Shown here: in pieces, positions 33,001-45,813 of the stretch
How the letters are laid out: every line of letters starts with the position of its first letter
Numbering within the stretch: position 1 is the first letter of the stretch
NCBI GenBank assembly: GCA_964035545.1
Contig: OZ037770.1
Location: forward strand, 13,506,642 to 13,570,641
Direction: 5' to 3'
DNA length: 64,000 nucleotides
DNA from: Bugula neritina
Taxonomy: Eukaryota; Animalia; Bryozoa
Program-made: the position numbers and the translations under genes
Notes under the pieces: generated by a model
What the model was told of the DNA's origin: nothing
The model's database searches: none
What the model saw: the letters and a program-made list of their open reading frames with translations, nothing else

Positions 33001-36000
33001 TATGTTTATGCTTAAAAATAAAGAAATAAGGTTGAAGAACCAATGATTAAAAGTTTAAAATTGTTAAATTAACTTGCAGCTAGTGTTTTCAGTGTTATTA
33101 TAAATTGGAGATTGTAATCACCAACCTTATAATGTTTCTCATTATCAAGAAGAACGCATCTTTGGCAGATGTGCAGAAGTTCTTTCCGTAAATGGCAATC
33201 TATAACAGAAAGTGAATTATTATTGTGTGGCAGCGTTTCGTGTGAACATGAGATTCTATCCAGCTTATAGAAGAAGCACTAGCATTTCTTCTAACCTTTA
33301 CTTGAAATCAATAATTTGAACGAGTCGTATTTCTGAACAAATGTAACAGCAGTAGGATCTTATTATTCTAAAAGTTCAATAGCGAGAATATTCTTACATC
33401 TATAGCCTACATCGTTTTCAATCAATCAGAGAAAGCAATTAATGAGATTTAGTACCACTATAAGGCATTAAACAAGTCATCATATTTATTACTTTTAACC
33501 TCTGTAACAATAGTCAGTGAGTCTTAATAGATACTCAACTTCTGGAGGTAAAATACTTGGCATCCGCGGGTAAAATAAGTTCAGCATACAATAAGTTCAG
33601 CATACGCAGGTAAAATAACTAGTATCTGCAGGCAAAACACTCAGCCTCTGCAGGTAAAACATTCAACTTCTGCAGGTAAAATACTTAACACCAACAGGTA
33701 AAAAAGCCATTATTTGCAGGTAAAATATTCAGTGCCCGCAGGTAAAATACGCTGCATCTGTAGGTAAGCAAGCTTGGAACTTACCAAAATGTAGGCATTC
33801 TTGTTGATCATCTTCATGAACTTCTCTAGACAGTAGAAACAACACTTGAGACATTTGAGGAAGAACTTAGCCACTGCGTTCTCTGAGCCTTTGAGTTTAG
33901 CGTCTAGATACTCTAAGCCGACACGAATCATCTGTATGATTGCTATAATCAGGGCGCCAAAGGCTATGGAGCCAGTGTGGTAGCTGTAACAGATCATGGG
34001 TGAATGTTTATTTGCCAATAGTTTAGTTATTTTCAAAATAGCATTGAATTTAAACATGTGAGCTTTTAAAGCTACAAAGCACAAACTTCTATTGCAACTA
34101 TATAACTGTTTCTAGCGCATACTAGGTTTGTGCTAGTCAAATAAAGTATTTAATACATCTTCAAATTTATTACATTATATTCATTAATATATCTATTTAA
34201 TTTTATTACATAATAAGTTTTTGTATATCAAAGATACTTTTTTCTTCGAATTTATTGCATTATATATATCCATATAATAACAAATATCTATTTAATTTCT
34301 ACACTTTACAGTCAAGAGTCATAGCATAAAATTTGCAGCCATTACTTAAAAAGTCAGACTTAAAACTAGCATTTCTGTTTTAAATAATTAACACCAAAGA
34401 TATTAAAACCAAAATACTCAAATATAGCCTTTGGTACATACAAAAGTGTTCGGCCGACAGATTTAATAATGGGGAACATGGGCATGTGCTCCTTCTTGTC
34501 AAACGCCCAGTAGTAAGAAGCGAAGGCTCCGGCCAACACCATTTGACCAAATCCTATTATCCAGTTCATCGTCCAGAAGAACATGAATAGCATGTAGAAC
34601 TGGAACACAAGGACAATGATGTTTTAAGTTATGTTATAGAACTCAAGCCAATGTCCCAAGTCTCCATACAAAACTTAGGTAGAATGATGTCTCAAGTCAC
34701 CATACAGAACTCAAGTCGCGTTATAGAACTCAAGCCAATGTCTCAAGTCCTTATGCAGAAAATAGTAAGAATGAACCCATCATAGCAAAAGGATTTTTAT
34801 AAAATGATTAATTTTCACACTCACAGTGATCCAATCACAAAGCGATAAATTTATCTAAAATAAGCTTTAATCACATGACATTTTTCTATTCTACTACCTA
34901 TGCCCTACGACATGTAATCCGCAAGATATTGCTTGTTGTCTATAAAAAAGTCAAATATAGATCATATAATGTACTTTCTGTAGAGCTTAGGATGACGTAA
35001 TAAAATAAACGCAAATTTAAGATATATTCTGTATTCTATAACACAAAATATATGATTCCTAGTCTGAAGTTCATACACCTGAACTTACCTGTAGGTAGAT
35101 TGTATACTTGAGCACGTCATTCTTTACAAAGTTACAAACCTCACCGGCTGCGGTTTGGTTATTTGGGTCACATGGAATGAGATCTACCGGGTTCGACTGC
35201 ACATAAGAGCAAGGAGTTTAATTTATTTATCCATTATTCATTATCCATTATTCATTATCCATTATTCATTATTCATTATCCATTGTTTATGATTATAAAG
35301 GTATTTCAGTTTAAACTTAAATAAGACTGCAGTAGCAAGCTCTTCTTTTAAAAGGCATTAAAAAATTTTCAATTTAGAAAACAAATTTATTTACATGTTG
35401 TAGCTATAAAAAATAAAATCCTAAATACCAGTTACAACAATTGGTTTCAAAAATAAATTAATTTAATTAGTCAGAACCAAATTTAAAACTTCAATAAATT
35501 TAACAAGAATATTATTACTTTATTTCACAGCTCACAGCAAAAACTCTTGCTTTTAAGCACAATCTTTTTTTCAAAATCAATAATAGCACTATTAACAAAG
35601 AAATTTTATAACTGCAACTCAATATGACTAGTAAACTTACAGTAGTTGTGCTCGTAGCTTGGTAATCGTAGCTATCATTTGCTATTGCAGTTAAATTGGT
35701 AACACCGTACACCTGTTTGGTGGTGGAGGCAAGATAAAGGCATGTGGCACCCCAGTAGGCCACCAGGGATAACTCCAGTATAAACGGCCAAATTGGCCAT
35801 AGTAATGTGAACATCATCATTCCAATTGCCCTAAAAAGCACGCCGTTGATGTCTTTAAAACATTCTATTGCATATGGTAAATTATAAAAGCAAGTTTATT
35901 ACAAACTTTTAGCCAAAAAGTTGATTTAGCTATAAAGGTGATAATTCATTATTTCATTAACTTTTTATAATTATTAGCTAGTAATATATAACACTGAGAA

Positions 36001-39000
36001 GTGAGATGTCTATATTACATTACTCAAAGAGTGCAAAGTTTCAGCTACTCAAAAACAAAAACTTCAAAATATGCATAAATAATTAATTAATCACAATTCC
36101 TATTTATCAATTCTAAACAATTGACCAAACGGTTGCCTTTTTGAGGGACAATAAGTAAAGATTATGCATGCCGTATAAGTTTTGGATCAATACCATTGCA
36201 GTGAGCTATAAAAGTTACAAATAATTGCCTGATTAAGTTAAACTAACTGAAACTAAAACTATTACTTCAGAAAACTTATAAACGCAGTTTAGCTACACAC
36301 ATTGTCTGATCTACAACAACTCCAATAATAACTACAACTATTTACCTGCTGCCTTCCTTCACCAAGGCTATAGCAATCATGATACGAGATCTGAGAAATA
36401 AGATGATAAGCAGAAGGATGATGAATATCGTTGCAGACGTACAACCGAAAGCCAGCCACACCTCCTTCACAGTCAGATAGTAGTTGAAATCAGTGGTAAG
36501 GATCCAGCTGTTAGTGTTATTTACATCTTTTTTTAGGTCATAGTACGTCCAGTAGGAGTATCCTGATGCTAGAGTACAGGAAAAGTAGCTACTAACAATG
36601 GTGTCCGGCAGCAATGGTAGAGGCAGCAATGGCGCAAATGGAAAAGTAGGTAAAAATAGCACACTTTCAATATTAGGGTTCTGAGTAGGGTTTAGGTTTA
36701 AGGGTTGAGGGTTTGAGTTTGGGTTTTAGGAAAATTCAACATCGGTGTGCCATTTTTTTCTACTTTTCCATCTGTGTCATTATTTCTTAAAATTACTAAT
36801 AATGATTAGGCCTTAGTGCAAATCACTTGGTATAGGTAATATATATATTATTAATGAAATAATAGCCAAGCAATGTAGCATGACATGTTGAACATTGTTC
36901 TAAGACTTGAAGTTTCATAGTTTTGATTCATACAGAGATGCAGCAGCTTACAGATAGAATTTTGAAGTACTAGTACATGTTGTGTCTCATTATAGACCGA
37001 GAGTTTAACATTATTGATCTATAGAAGTAGGGTTGGGTACAGATACACACATTCTATCATATGAGAAACTACTTACCAAATCCAAATATAGCAAAGAAGA
37101 GAGCGATAGTGACCCACACGATAATACCTGCTAGCCACCTCATTAGGACTATCCACAGGAAACAAACTATCATTGATAGCCCCAAACCACTACAACATGT
37201 AAACGCAACTACAACTATACATTCTGTTATTGTTAGAGTAGTACTATTAATCTATAATATTAATAAAAACCTATCAATTCTAAATGATTTTTAAAAATAA
37301 TGCACAATGTGCATAAAACTCAAAATTTAAGGATATTCAAAAGGGTTTTACTACTTTCTATTAGTATTAGACCCATACAGTTTACGCCAGCTGAACAGAG
37401 GGTTTACATTGGGTCTATGAATTAAGTTATAAGTGTGGGGTTATCTTTCCTTACCGTTGGTACCCGATGATTGATAATGTAACTAAAAAGAATACTTATA
37501 GTTGAATTCATTGTAATTTAACAGATAACAATTAAACTTACAATAAAATAAACCATTTAGAATTTTCAACATCCGAGAAAACTTTTTCTCCGTAACTTCG
37601 AAATTGCAATAGCTTTGTGACGAATCTGAAAACAGGAAAAGGAGATTTAGTGATAAGTTCTGAAAAAAAGTGGAGATTGAGAGTTTGCTGAAAAGCATAT
37701 AATAAACTATTTATAGTTTACAGTTTCTCCAAATTTTGATACAGTTGCTTAGTTCAACTCAGGGAAATTAGGTAGTGAGTGCACTGACATACTTCCCACT
37801 TGCTATTATTAATAAATTATTCAAGCATATTAAAATCTATTCTACAAGCAAAAATTCTTACTAATATAAAACAAATAGATGCAAAAAATATATCCAAACT
37901 ATCGAATACACTTTAAAGGGGTATGCGTCATGAATAAATATATGCACTTTAAATATATGCACAAAAATACTGCACTATAAATGCATGCACTATAAATACT
38001 ATATTATAAATACCGTAGCATAAATACTGTACTATAAATGTTGTAGTACAGGTATCGTACTTATATAAAGACTATATATACTTGCCATCAATAATAAAGA
38101 CTCTATATATTTGCTATCAATAATAAAGACTATATTATATACTCACTGTACATGTAGAATGCTATAAATAGTAAAGACTATACATATACTTACGCAGAAC
38201 CATCTAGAATGCTATCAATTGTAACTGTTTTGTTCTGGGAGTCAACAATATCAGATGTGCTGTTGTCACTACCAACTTTCTCAGCCAGGGATTGGGCCGT
38301 GTCAATACCCTCCGTTATAATAGCAGGCAAGCATCTGCCCAGCACTACCAAACATAAAACCAACGAACTTATCAAAGTAGGCAGTATTTTTGAAGTCATC
38401 TTTTTAAATGTTTTGTTTTTTCACTTGGAAAACTGAAAATAATATCTACAAGAGTGTAAATCACAATTGATAAAATCTCCCTAGCAGACATTTAATTGAT
38501 ATGTTTTATTAGACATTTAATTGCATGAAGCCATTAAAAGTTAATATAATGAAGGCAAAGAAAACACAAACTGCAACTTTTTTAACTTAAAAAAGCACTT
38601 CAAGTTGACATATAACAATAAATAAAGTGAATCCTAATACTAAAAATATTACCTTCTTTCTGTGGGTAGTAATAACCAGCACAAAGGTCATCATCAATGA
38701 GCTCTTTTAGCTTTGCTGATGAGGCATATGCATTGTCTAATGGGTTGATACCTGTCATAAGAAGTACGGATCATTGTATATTTGTGCTAGAAAGAAAATT
38801 GTGTCATTTATTATAAAAAATTTGTATCATTTCAAAGTTTCCATCCTGGTGATAAGCCCTGATATTCTAAGAGAGAGGTAATAATTGTGTATGCTGTGGT
38901 ACAGAAACAACTATGGTGTTCTCCCGGCATTATCAATGGTTTTACTGAACTCATGACCTATTGTACACCGGTCTTTAACCTCTAAACCATGGATGCCCCT

Positions 39001-42000
39001 ATACAGCATTGACAATGCAGCAATTCAATTTAAAAATTAACTCCTATACTTTCTATTAATATCTTGAAATTCAGCTTCAGACACAAATTTAAGTTCTATT
39101 GGCATTGAAATTTTTTGATTGTTGAAATTAGAAAAAGAGAATGACCTGCCAATAGAGCATTAGGCTCACTATGAGACAAGCTTGCTATTATGACATGTGA
39201 GATAAGGTGTGTGCATGTGCTATGCCTGTCACCTGATAGCCATACGTTATCAAAACAATATAATATATAATTTACTGGAGTATATAGCAGTCATAATAGC
39301 TTCAGAATCATAACAGATTCACGTAAGCTTTTCTCACCGTAGTCACATATCATGGCCGCCCTTCCTGTTTCCCTTAGGCTGTCATCAATCAGTGATATTC
39401 CGCTGGTTTTTTCTTGCAATTGCTCTTTTCCATACTGCAAAAAGATTGATCAACATAAAATTATATGGTTACAGATTTTAGATCTCTGCTCAAATAGAGC
39501 AAAATACTTTTGCAAATATCATTTAATATAATTTAAAGCCATAAAAATTAATCAGCTAATTAAACTCTAATAGCATAAAATACAGAAAATTTCAACAGAA
39601 TTTACACAATACTAGTCAATGCCTAAAACAGGAATAATAAGAAATGTAATTAAACAGTTTCGAAGTGTTATTTGGTATGCTGTACTTACAAACCTGTATT
39701 TACCATTTGGCTAGAGGATAACACACGGCACATGCATTATTTCAAGGAGAATTTACCTGCTATATTGGCTTATAAATTTACAATAAAGCTAGTCTGTTGC
39801 AAGTTGAACTGTGGGAGATAAAAGCTCGATGTATCCTTTATACAGTGACATGTATATAGAGCAATAACCTCTGTGTTAATATAACAATGTTGTGGTTTTA
39901 TAAGTCAATAATATTATCATCGTAATCCTAGCAACAAATTAGCTGTCAGCCTAACAGAAAAACTCCCGAGGCTGGGAAAACCTTTTACTTCCTGCTGTTG
40001 CAGAGCTGTAGAACTTTCTAGTCTTTCTATACTAGTTCTGTTTTGATTTTAACGTAAAATGTTTCTGCCAGTAACTTTTAATGATATTTAAAATAAAACA
40101 TCTCAAAACCCAGTCATCAAACTATTTCTTTAAACGCGGGATATCAAAACTCTTTACGATTAGATATGAGTTCAAATGCTTTGGATCAATAAGTTTTACT
40201 ACATATATTTTGTTGAGTTTTCACTATTTTATCTTTTAATTTACTAAAGACTTATTGTCTCACTTTACATCCTATACTTTGAAATCCATTTTAATTCACA
40301 GTGAAAACTGTTTTGTAGCAAATGTACAATCAGAATTGCATCTTTGTTACTTGAAAGTGTATTTTAAATATCAACAACAATCCTATCTCAGTTCAAAATA
40401 ACTTGGGTATGCCTTCTACACTATATACAGTATATTACAACAAGGATACCAAGTGAGACAGTTTTATGATATCAAAGTGAATAGTGGATGTGAGGAAAGA
40501 TGAACTGGCCAATGAGAAGAGATGGCACAGCCAAAGAGCAAACCAGTTTAGGTTTGACAGACAGAGAATGTTTAGTGTAATTTAATTCCTAAAAAGTAAT
40601 TTTTGATGTAAATAATTTTTGGATAAAAGTTATCATTATCCTATAAGTTGGAACATGATGTAATCAAATCGAATATGACCAACTCTGAGAAGGTTTGTTG
40701 ATATTTATAGATGAAGTAAAATGAATAAACTCTACTTAAATGCATATGCTGGGTATTTAATGTATAATATAGCCTGTTATTACCAGCTTGATACTACGAA
40801 GGTCATATCACAACCAGATATGTGATAAAGTTTTACTTTAACACTCTTAGATTATCTTAAAATTGTTTACACAAGATTCAAGTGGTTACATCAGATGTAA
40901 TATGTACATGTAATTCTTATATTAATTATCACAGGGGACAAAAAGCATTCCAAACATGAAAAAGAAAGTTTATAAGAGGTAACATGCTATAAATTCCAAT
41001 GATACATTTATATGTACATGTATAGTTATATGATTATATGGGTGTCCAGCAAAAGTGGCACAGGTAAAAGTGGTAACGACAATAATGGCACAAATAGAAA
41101 AGTAGGAAAAAATAGCACATTTTCAATATTAGTGTTTCGGGGGCTTGGAATGGGTGGTTTAGGTTTGGAGTTTGAGAAAATTTAACATCAGTGTACCATT
41201 TTTTCCTACTTTTCCATTTGTGCCATTATTACCTGTGTCGTTTTTACTTGTGCCATTCTTACCTGTGAAATTTTTCTCTAAAGTTGATTATATGTATATA
41301 TACTAACCTGCACTGCCCATGTCCAGTATTCACTCGGACAATCCGTCACACAGATCTGCTTTGTAGGACACCCGAGGGTCACAATACCAGGTCCAACTTT
41401 AGCACAGTCTATCAGGTCGAAGAAGAACAAGTTCGGTTTGTCTCTAAAACACAGCAATTTATACATCATTTAAGTAGAGATATCTATGCCGGTGATAAAA
41501 AAGCTATCAGAAAAGATGTTCAAATATTGCTCAAAACTTGGGATTGAGTATCTAAACATTGATATGCACATTCAGAAACTTACTAAAGATCTTGCCATCA
41601 AATATATAATAGACAATGATCATTTTATCAATAACTTTCTGAGTCAATGCCCCTCTGGAAGACATCTCACGTTAAATATAGAGAGGCATGGGGCAGAGAT
41701 AGCTTCTTGCGACATCTTGTAAATACTTTAAACGAGCTTCTTTCTTAAATCATCCAACAGATTTCTGATTTTTTTCCAATTTTGTTAATGTCTACTTAAA
41801 TTATAGCTAGTATTTACACTGAATTTCGCAACATGTTGTCATGTCTGTGATATGCAGTAAATAAATAAATCAATCAATCAAAGCTTAGTCTGTACTGCAT
41901 GTCTACATAATGCAACAAGATAATGTATATATAGTCAAGCTGCTTACTGATATTCACCATGTCCACAGAGATTCCCAGCACTATCTGAAGGGTACAGGAG

Positions 42001-45000
42001 GAGCAAAGGATCACCATAGCTGTATGCTGTAAACAAAACATAGCTGTTGTAATATGCCGGGCATCTTATGTAGATAGGAGAACTTACGTAATGTTGTAAA
42101 TGAAGCTACCACATTACGACATGCATTACGTTTTGAAGTGACAAGTTTCTGACTGTTATGATGAAGTGGAAAATAATGGAAAGATTGAAACACTATATGC
42201 ATGACTCCTAAATCTGCAGCTTCTATGAGTCATTTCTTACTATATTATATATGATGAGGAAATAAGGAGCAGCCGTGGTCTAGGGGTTAGAGCACTGGCT
42301 TAGTAAACACTAAGTCAGTGGTTTGGATCCCAAAAAAGGCTATTGGTGATTTTAGGAAGGGAATTTAGTCATAATTGATCCTTTGCCAATAAAAAGTCCT
42401 TATTTACTTGAAAAAAACTATTTCCATCAGGGGTTCTCACAAGGATAGCTACTATAAACTAGCGTGAGTTTTTATATAATCAGAAATGTTTTAATGTAAT
42501 ATTATGAAATGCATGTACTGTTCTGTAAATTCTTAGTTTTTAGACTATAGCATGAAGCCAAAGGTAGCAGCCATCTGCCCTTAAAATTTTCAGAAGTCAT
42601 GAGGATTTCAAGCTAATGCCTGCACTTTTACAGTAATTGGAAAAATATTGATTATATAAAAAGCCAAGTAATTGTTAAGATGGATAACATATAATAAACG
42701 TCCAGCAAAGCTCTCTTGGAGGGAGAAGGTTTACCGTACCGAAGAATCCAACAACAGCCATCCCGAGCACGCATATTAGAAACAGGATGCAGCAAATGAT
42801 ATCTGTACATCCTCTGTCGTTGATGGGGCCGTTGAATGTAGGGTCATACTTCTTTGGCGAGCCTACAAGTGTGTAATGAGATGTAGCAAATATAATATAC
42901 TCAGTCACAATAACGTAGCAGCTTGCTGAAATGTGGAAATTTATGTAAAGTTAAGTTAAAAAGCTACCTTACTCGTGGTGATGATTTATGTTGAGTATAT
43001 GAATGTATTTTATTGGTACATATTCAGTTATATATACATTTTTTTATATTTTCGTCAGCGTTTAATTTAAAAATAATTAGTTGTAGAATTGTGATTAACA
43101 AATAAAAGGTTTTTCTTACAAATTTGGGTAAACGATAATTACTAATAATCATTTTCAATTTCTAGGATCAGCACATTATTGCACACTTAATTCTGAAAGA
43201 CATAACTACTAAATAAAACATCAGCAGTGCTAGGACTGGCAAAGTTGCACAGAAAAGCTCTAAAGTTGACGAAGGTATTAATTCGAATTAAATCAAGCGT
43301 ATCTTTCAAGCATTGTTTCACACAGAATTTCCTAATCAACTAAGCATGTACAAGTATTATTAAGACTGAAAGAAAGCTGTTTTAGCAACCAAGTTTTTAT
43401 TGGCACTATACATAGGTATTAAGTGGAGTGTGTATAGATTCCACCAGGCTACTTAACTACGGGCCATAATATTTGTATGGTAAAGCAATAGAATCAATAA
43501 CTACATAAAACAATAAATGACCCAAGAAAATAGCAACAAATAAAGGTTGGACAATACACATTGTTTATGTGCATTCAGTCAATATCAATATCTCATTATT
43601 ACTGAGCCTTCTACATTCTAACTTCTCCCATCTACTGAGCAGTGAACAAATAAATATTAACTAAAACTGAAATTTTATTGAAGTTGATTAAGAGCACTTT
43701 AAATGTCACCTGCATGTTTGCCTGTTCATTAATTACCTGTGTACTTGTCTGTGCATTTTTCTATGTGTTTACCTGCATGCTTACCTGTGCATTTACTTGC
43801 ATGTTTACCTGTGCGTTTACTTGCATGTTTACCTGTGCATTTACCTGCGAGTGAGTCAGCAGTATTTACTGCGTCAAATGTTGAACATCATTACATCACT
43901 ACAAAGTTCATATCACATACTTTATCTAACGAATCTAAGCTATAAACTGGGCCTAGTCCACAGGTATACCCTATTATTTACTGTTTGATAGGCAGTCAAG
44001 GAAATAGAAAAGATAAAGTAATGCAAGATAATACCTAGCTAGTAACTGTGTGGTTAGAGATTTTGAGGAAGCTATGTGACATTTACTTCATAATAATATT
44101 ATACCTAGAGACCACATTTTGCTAATCATATTTGCGGCAAGTTGGTAAATTGATGTCCCAATCTATTAACCTTGTCGATATGATAAATTATATCCTTATT
44201 TTTACTAGCAGTTCACCAAATGAAAAGAATAAAACACATTTAATAAGTATCATTATGCAGTACTCAAAATGCTTTATTACTGTTTATTTACATGTATTTA
44301 GACTTGCTGAGGCTGATGTAACATTGTTGAAAGGCAGTGCTTCATAACAGGGGAGAAAAATTTAAAATCATTAACTTTATTATTAAGCAGAAAGTCAAAA
44401 AGTTCTTATTGATATTGCAAACACTATAAAGAAACCCATAAGAAATGTGACCATACATGGCAATGCTACAAAGCACATCCTGTTTACCTGCACTAGAACT
44501 GGTAAACGAAGCTATTATAATTCACTGTTTCCTGTACTTAATATGGTCAGAGTTTATTTGTTCACTTAGGAGCAGTAGCGAAGAAATTGAGATAGCCTAA
44601 GTTCTGTAATTTTATTATTAAACTTTGGTTTGGGGCTTGGGTTGAAAATCTTGCCAGAACATAACTTCTTTTGCAACATTTTTAATCTAGAACACAGGCT
44701 TTTCTCAATTTCTCTTTCACTGCATCTACCTCTAATTTTTTGGAAATTGACTTTAAATTGACTCTACACCACAAAACACTGACGCACACTGGGCAACCCT
44801 ATTCTTAGATTAAAACTGAAGCTAAAATTTAGAGACTGATGAGGAACTACAGATAGAGGCCATGTTTCAAGTAGTATACATGCTCTTGAGATAAATATAG
44901 TACGTCATTATGGGTGAGGTCTTGTCATCGCTATTAATATTCTTTTATTGTAGTATTCAAAATTGATGAACTGATAAAAGCTATTATTTAGCAACTGTGA

Positions 45001-45813
45001 GCTAGCATTACCTGTAGCGATTGTAAGCTGTAGGCTTTAAGCAGTTAAATCTGGAAGTATATTCAACTTGCACAGTTAAAGCTGTGGAAACATTAGCAAG
45101 GTGTTAGTCCACATTCGGCTCTAATTCTTGAATCAATTTGTATAAAAGATTATTTATAATGTACACAATGTAATTCTTTTTCTACTCTAACAAAGGTGTT
45201 CACAATGGGTTTATATAACATTGTGAAGGTTGGAGTTCCAAGGACTAGTTATAAGACTATAGCTATTGTATGCTTACTTTCATATGAACAAAACTTATGT
45301 ATAGGCCATAGCGAAACTAAAATAAAGCAGCCATGGTTTATTAGTCAGAGCATTCATTGGCTTAGTAACACAAGGTCAGTGGTTTGAATCCCAGTAAAAG
45401 GCCATTGGTGGTGTTAGGAAGAGCATCCAGTCATAATTTCTCTTTTGTTTCAACAGAAAACAAGTCCTTAGCTCTCTTTAAAAAACCTTTCTATCAGAGG
45501 TTCGTACCAAGATGGCAACTATAAGCCCACTAGAGTTATGACTGAATTTCCAATTATTGATAGTTTTAGCATGAAAACCTGCCTTTCTATAGAATAGTAA
45601 AGCTCTAAATTTGTAATTTACCAAATAAAATAAGTATAGAGTCACTTTTGAGACTACCGGACAGCTCAATGGTCACATGACTCAATACAACGGTCACATG
45701 ACCCAGTACAATGTGGTCACATGGCTCGATGACTTACCATATTTATTGTCTTCTCCATCTTTCTGGTTTTGAGTAGCTGTATCAGCGTCTTCCACTTCCC
45801 CCTTCCCACACAT
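27078..45813 (-). CDS. SLC44A2: Choline transporter-like protein, SLC44/CTL2-4-5 type (~758-759 aa, 19 exons per isoform)
   Basis: Exons 45813-45738, 42862-42740 ([25 protein letters not shown]), 42026-41948, 41443-41308 ([11 protein letters not shown]), 39434-39338, 38751-38653, 38344-38194, 37625-37542, 37189-37077, 36568-36346, 35830-35641, 35196-35089, 34599-34442 ([10 protein letters not shown]), 33983-33785 (YHTGSIAFG...[12 protein letters not shown]), 33199-33126 ([10 protein letters not shown]), 32295-32225, then either 31656-31556 or 30520-30417, then 27981-27897 ([10 protein letters not shown]), 27187-27078 ([17 protein letters not shown]). The family is secure; the A2/A4/A5 paralog label is not resolvable. 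Confidence 0.93.
27222..27797. repeat. (CTA/CTG)n degenerate trinucleotide array filling most of the last SLC44 intron
   Basis: Read directly from the sequence. Confidence 0.95.
28928..29086. repeat. GTACGTACAGTAATGAGAGT minisatellite, left part (continues at 30264-30410)
   Basis: The same units flank both sides of the inserted DNA element. Confidence 0.85.
29090..30263. mobile_element. Non-autonomous hAT-like DNA element with (AATTAC)n subterminal repeats
   Basis: Left end CAGGGTTGGGGTCAATTAC and right end AATTACCCCAACCCCA share an inverted GGGTTGGGGT. AATTAC arrays lie at 29103-29247 and 30086-30253. No transposase ORF. Confidence 0.7.
29349..29996. mobile_element. Foldback MITE nested inside the hAT-like element
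   Basis: Terminal inverted repeat TAGGGTCATTCCAT ... ATGGAATGACCCTA, followed by ~230-bp imperfect inverted arms (e.g. GAGGAAAATTTGTGATTT vs AAATCACAAATTTTCCTC). Confidence 0.8.
30417..30520 (-). CDS. SLC44 alternative exon 17B (mutually exclusive)
   Basis: Bounded by TTTTAG and GTGAGT, 104 nt, phase 1 to 0; encodes [34 protein letters not shown], which carries the family LNYY.P motif. Confidence 0.8.
31382..31537. repeat. 30-bp minisatellite (GTATAATACAGTAATACGGTATTACAGCGT)x5
   Basis: Read directly; adjacent to the exon 17A donor. Confidence 0.92.
31556..31656 (-). CDS. SLC44 alternative exon 17A (mutually exclusive)
   Basis: Bounded by TAG and GTGAG, 101 nt, phase 1 to 0; encodes [33 protein letters not shown]. 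Confidence 0.85.
32405..32618. repeat. ~53-bp tandem repeat (TTTTACACCTACACCTACTCTTCACACCTACTACCTAGACATATAACCTAGAG)
   Basis: 3-4 units. Confidence 0.85.
33545..33770. repeat. ~21-bp degenerate repeat with GCAGGTAAAATA core
   Basis: About 9 degenerate units next to an SLC44 donor. Confidence 0.75.
36599..36785 (+). mobile_element. Small MITE-like foldback repeat, copy 2
   Basis: TGGTGTCC...AATGGAAAAGTAGGTAAAAATAGCACACTTTCAATATTAGGGTT...GTGTGCCATTTTTTTCTACTTTTCCAT. Confidence 0.7.
38841..38999 (-). mobile_element. tRNA-derived SINE copy 3 (degenerate)
   Basis: Decayed reverse-complement match to the head (CATCCATGGTTTAGAGGTTAAAG) and tail (TATCAGGGCTTATCACCAGGATGG). Confidence 0.55.
41041..41268 (+). 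mobile_element. Small MITE-like foldback repeat, copy 1
   Basis: ~38-bp near-perfect inverted arms (41081-41118 vs 41193-41230) around a G/T-rich GGTTTAGGTTTGG core; homologous to 36599-36785 and 8225-8432. Confidence 0.75.
42266..42470 (+). mobile_element. tRNA-derived SINE copy 4
   Basis: GGAGCAGCCGTGGTCTAGGGGTTAGAGCACTGGCTTAGTAAACAC...CATCAGGGGTTCTCACAAGGATAG...GCGTGAGTT. Confidence 0.85.
43708..43850. repeat. 12-bp degenerate repeat (TTTACCTGTGCA/TTTACTTGCATG)
   Basis: Read directly from the sequence. Confidence 0.8.
45326..45545 (+). mobile_element. tRNA-derived SINE copy 5
   Basis: AGCAGCCATGGTTTA...GGCTTAGTAACACAAGGTCAGTGGTTTGAATCCC...GGCCATTGGTGGTGTTAGGAAGAGCATCCAGTCATAATT. Confidence 0.8.
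45671..45724. promoter_or_regulatory. Three tandem GGTCACATG(AC) E-box/M-box-like motifs at the start of SLC44 intron 1
   Basis: Two perfect GTCACATGAC copies plus GTCACATGG, spaced ~21-23 bp apart. Confidence 0.35.
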
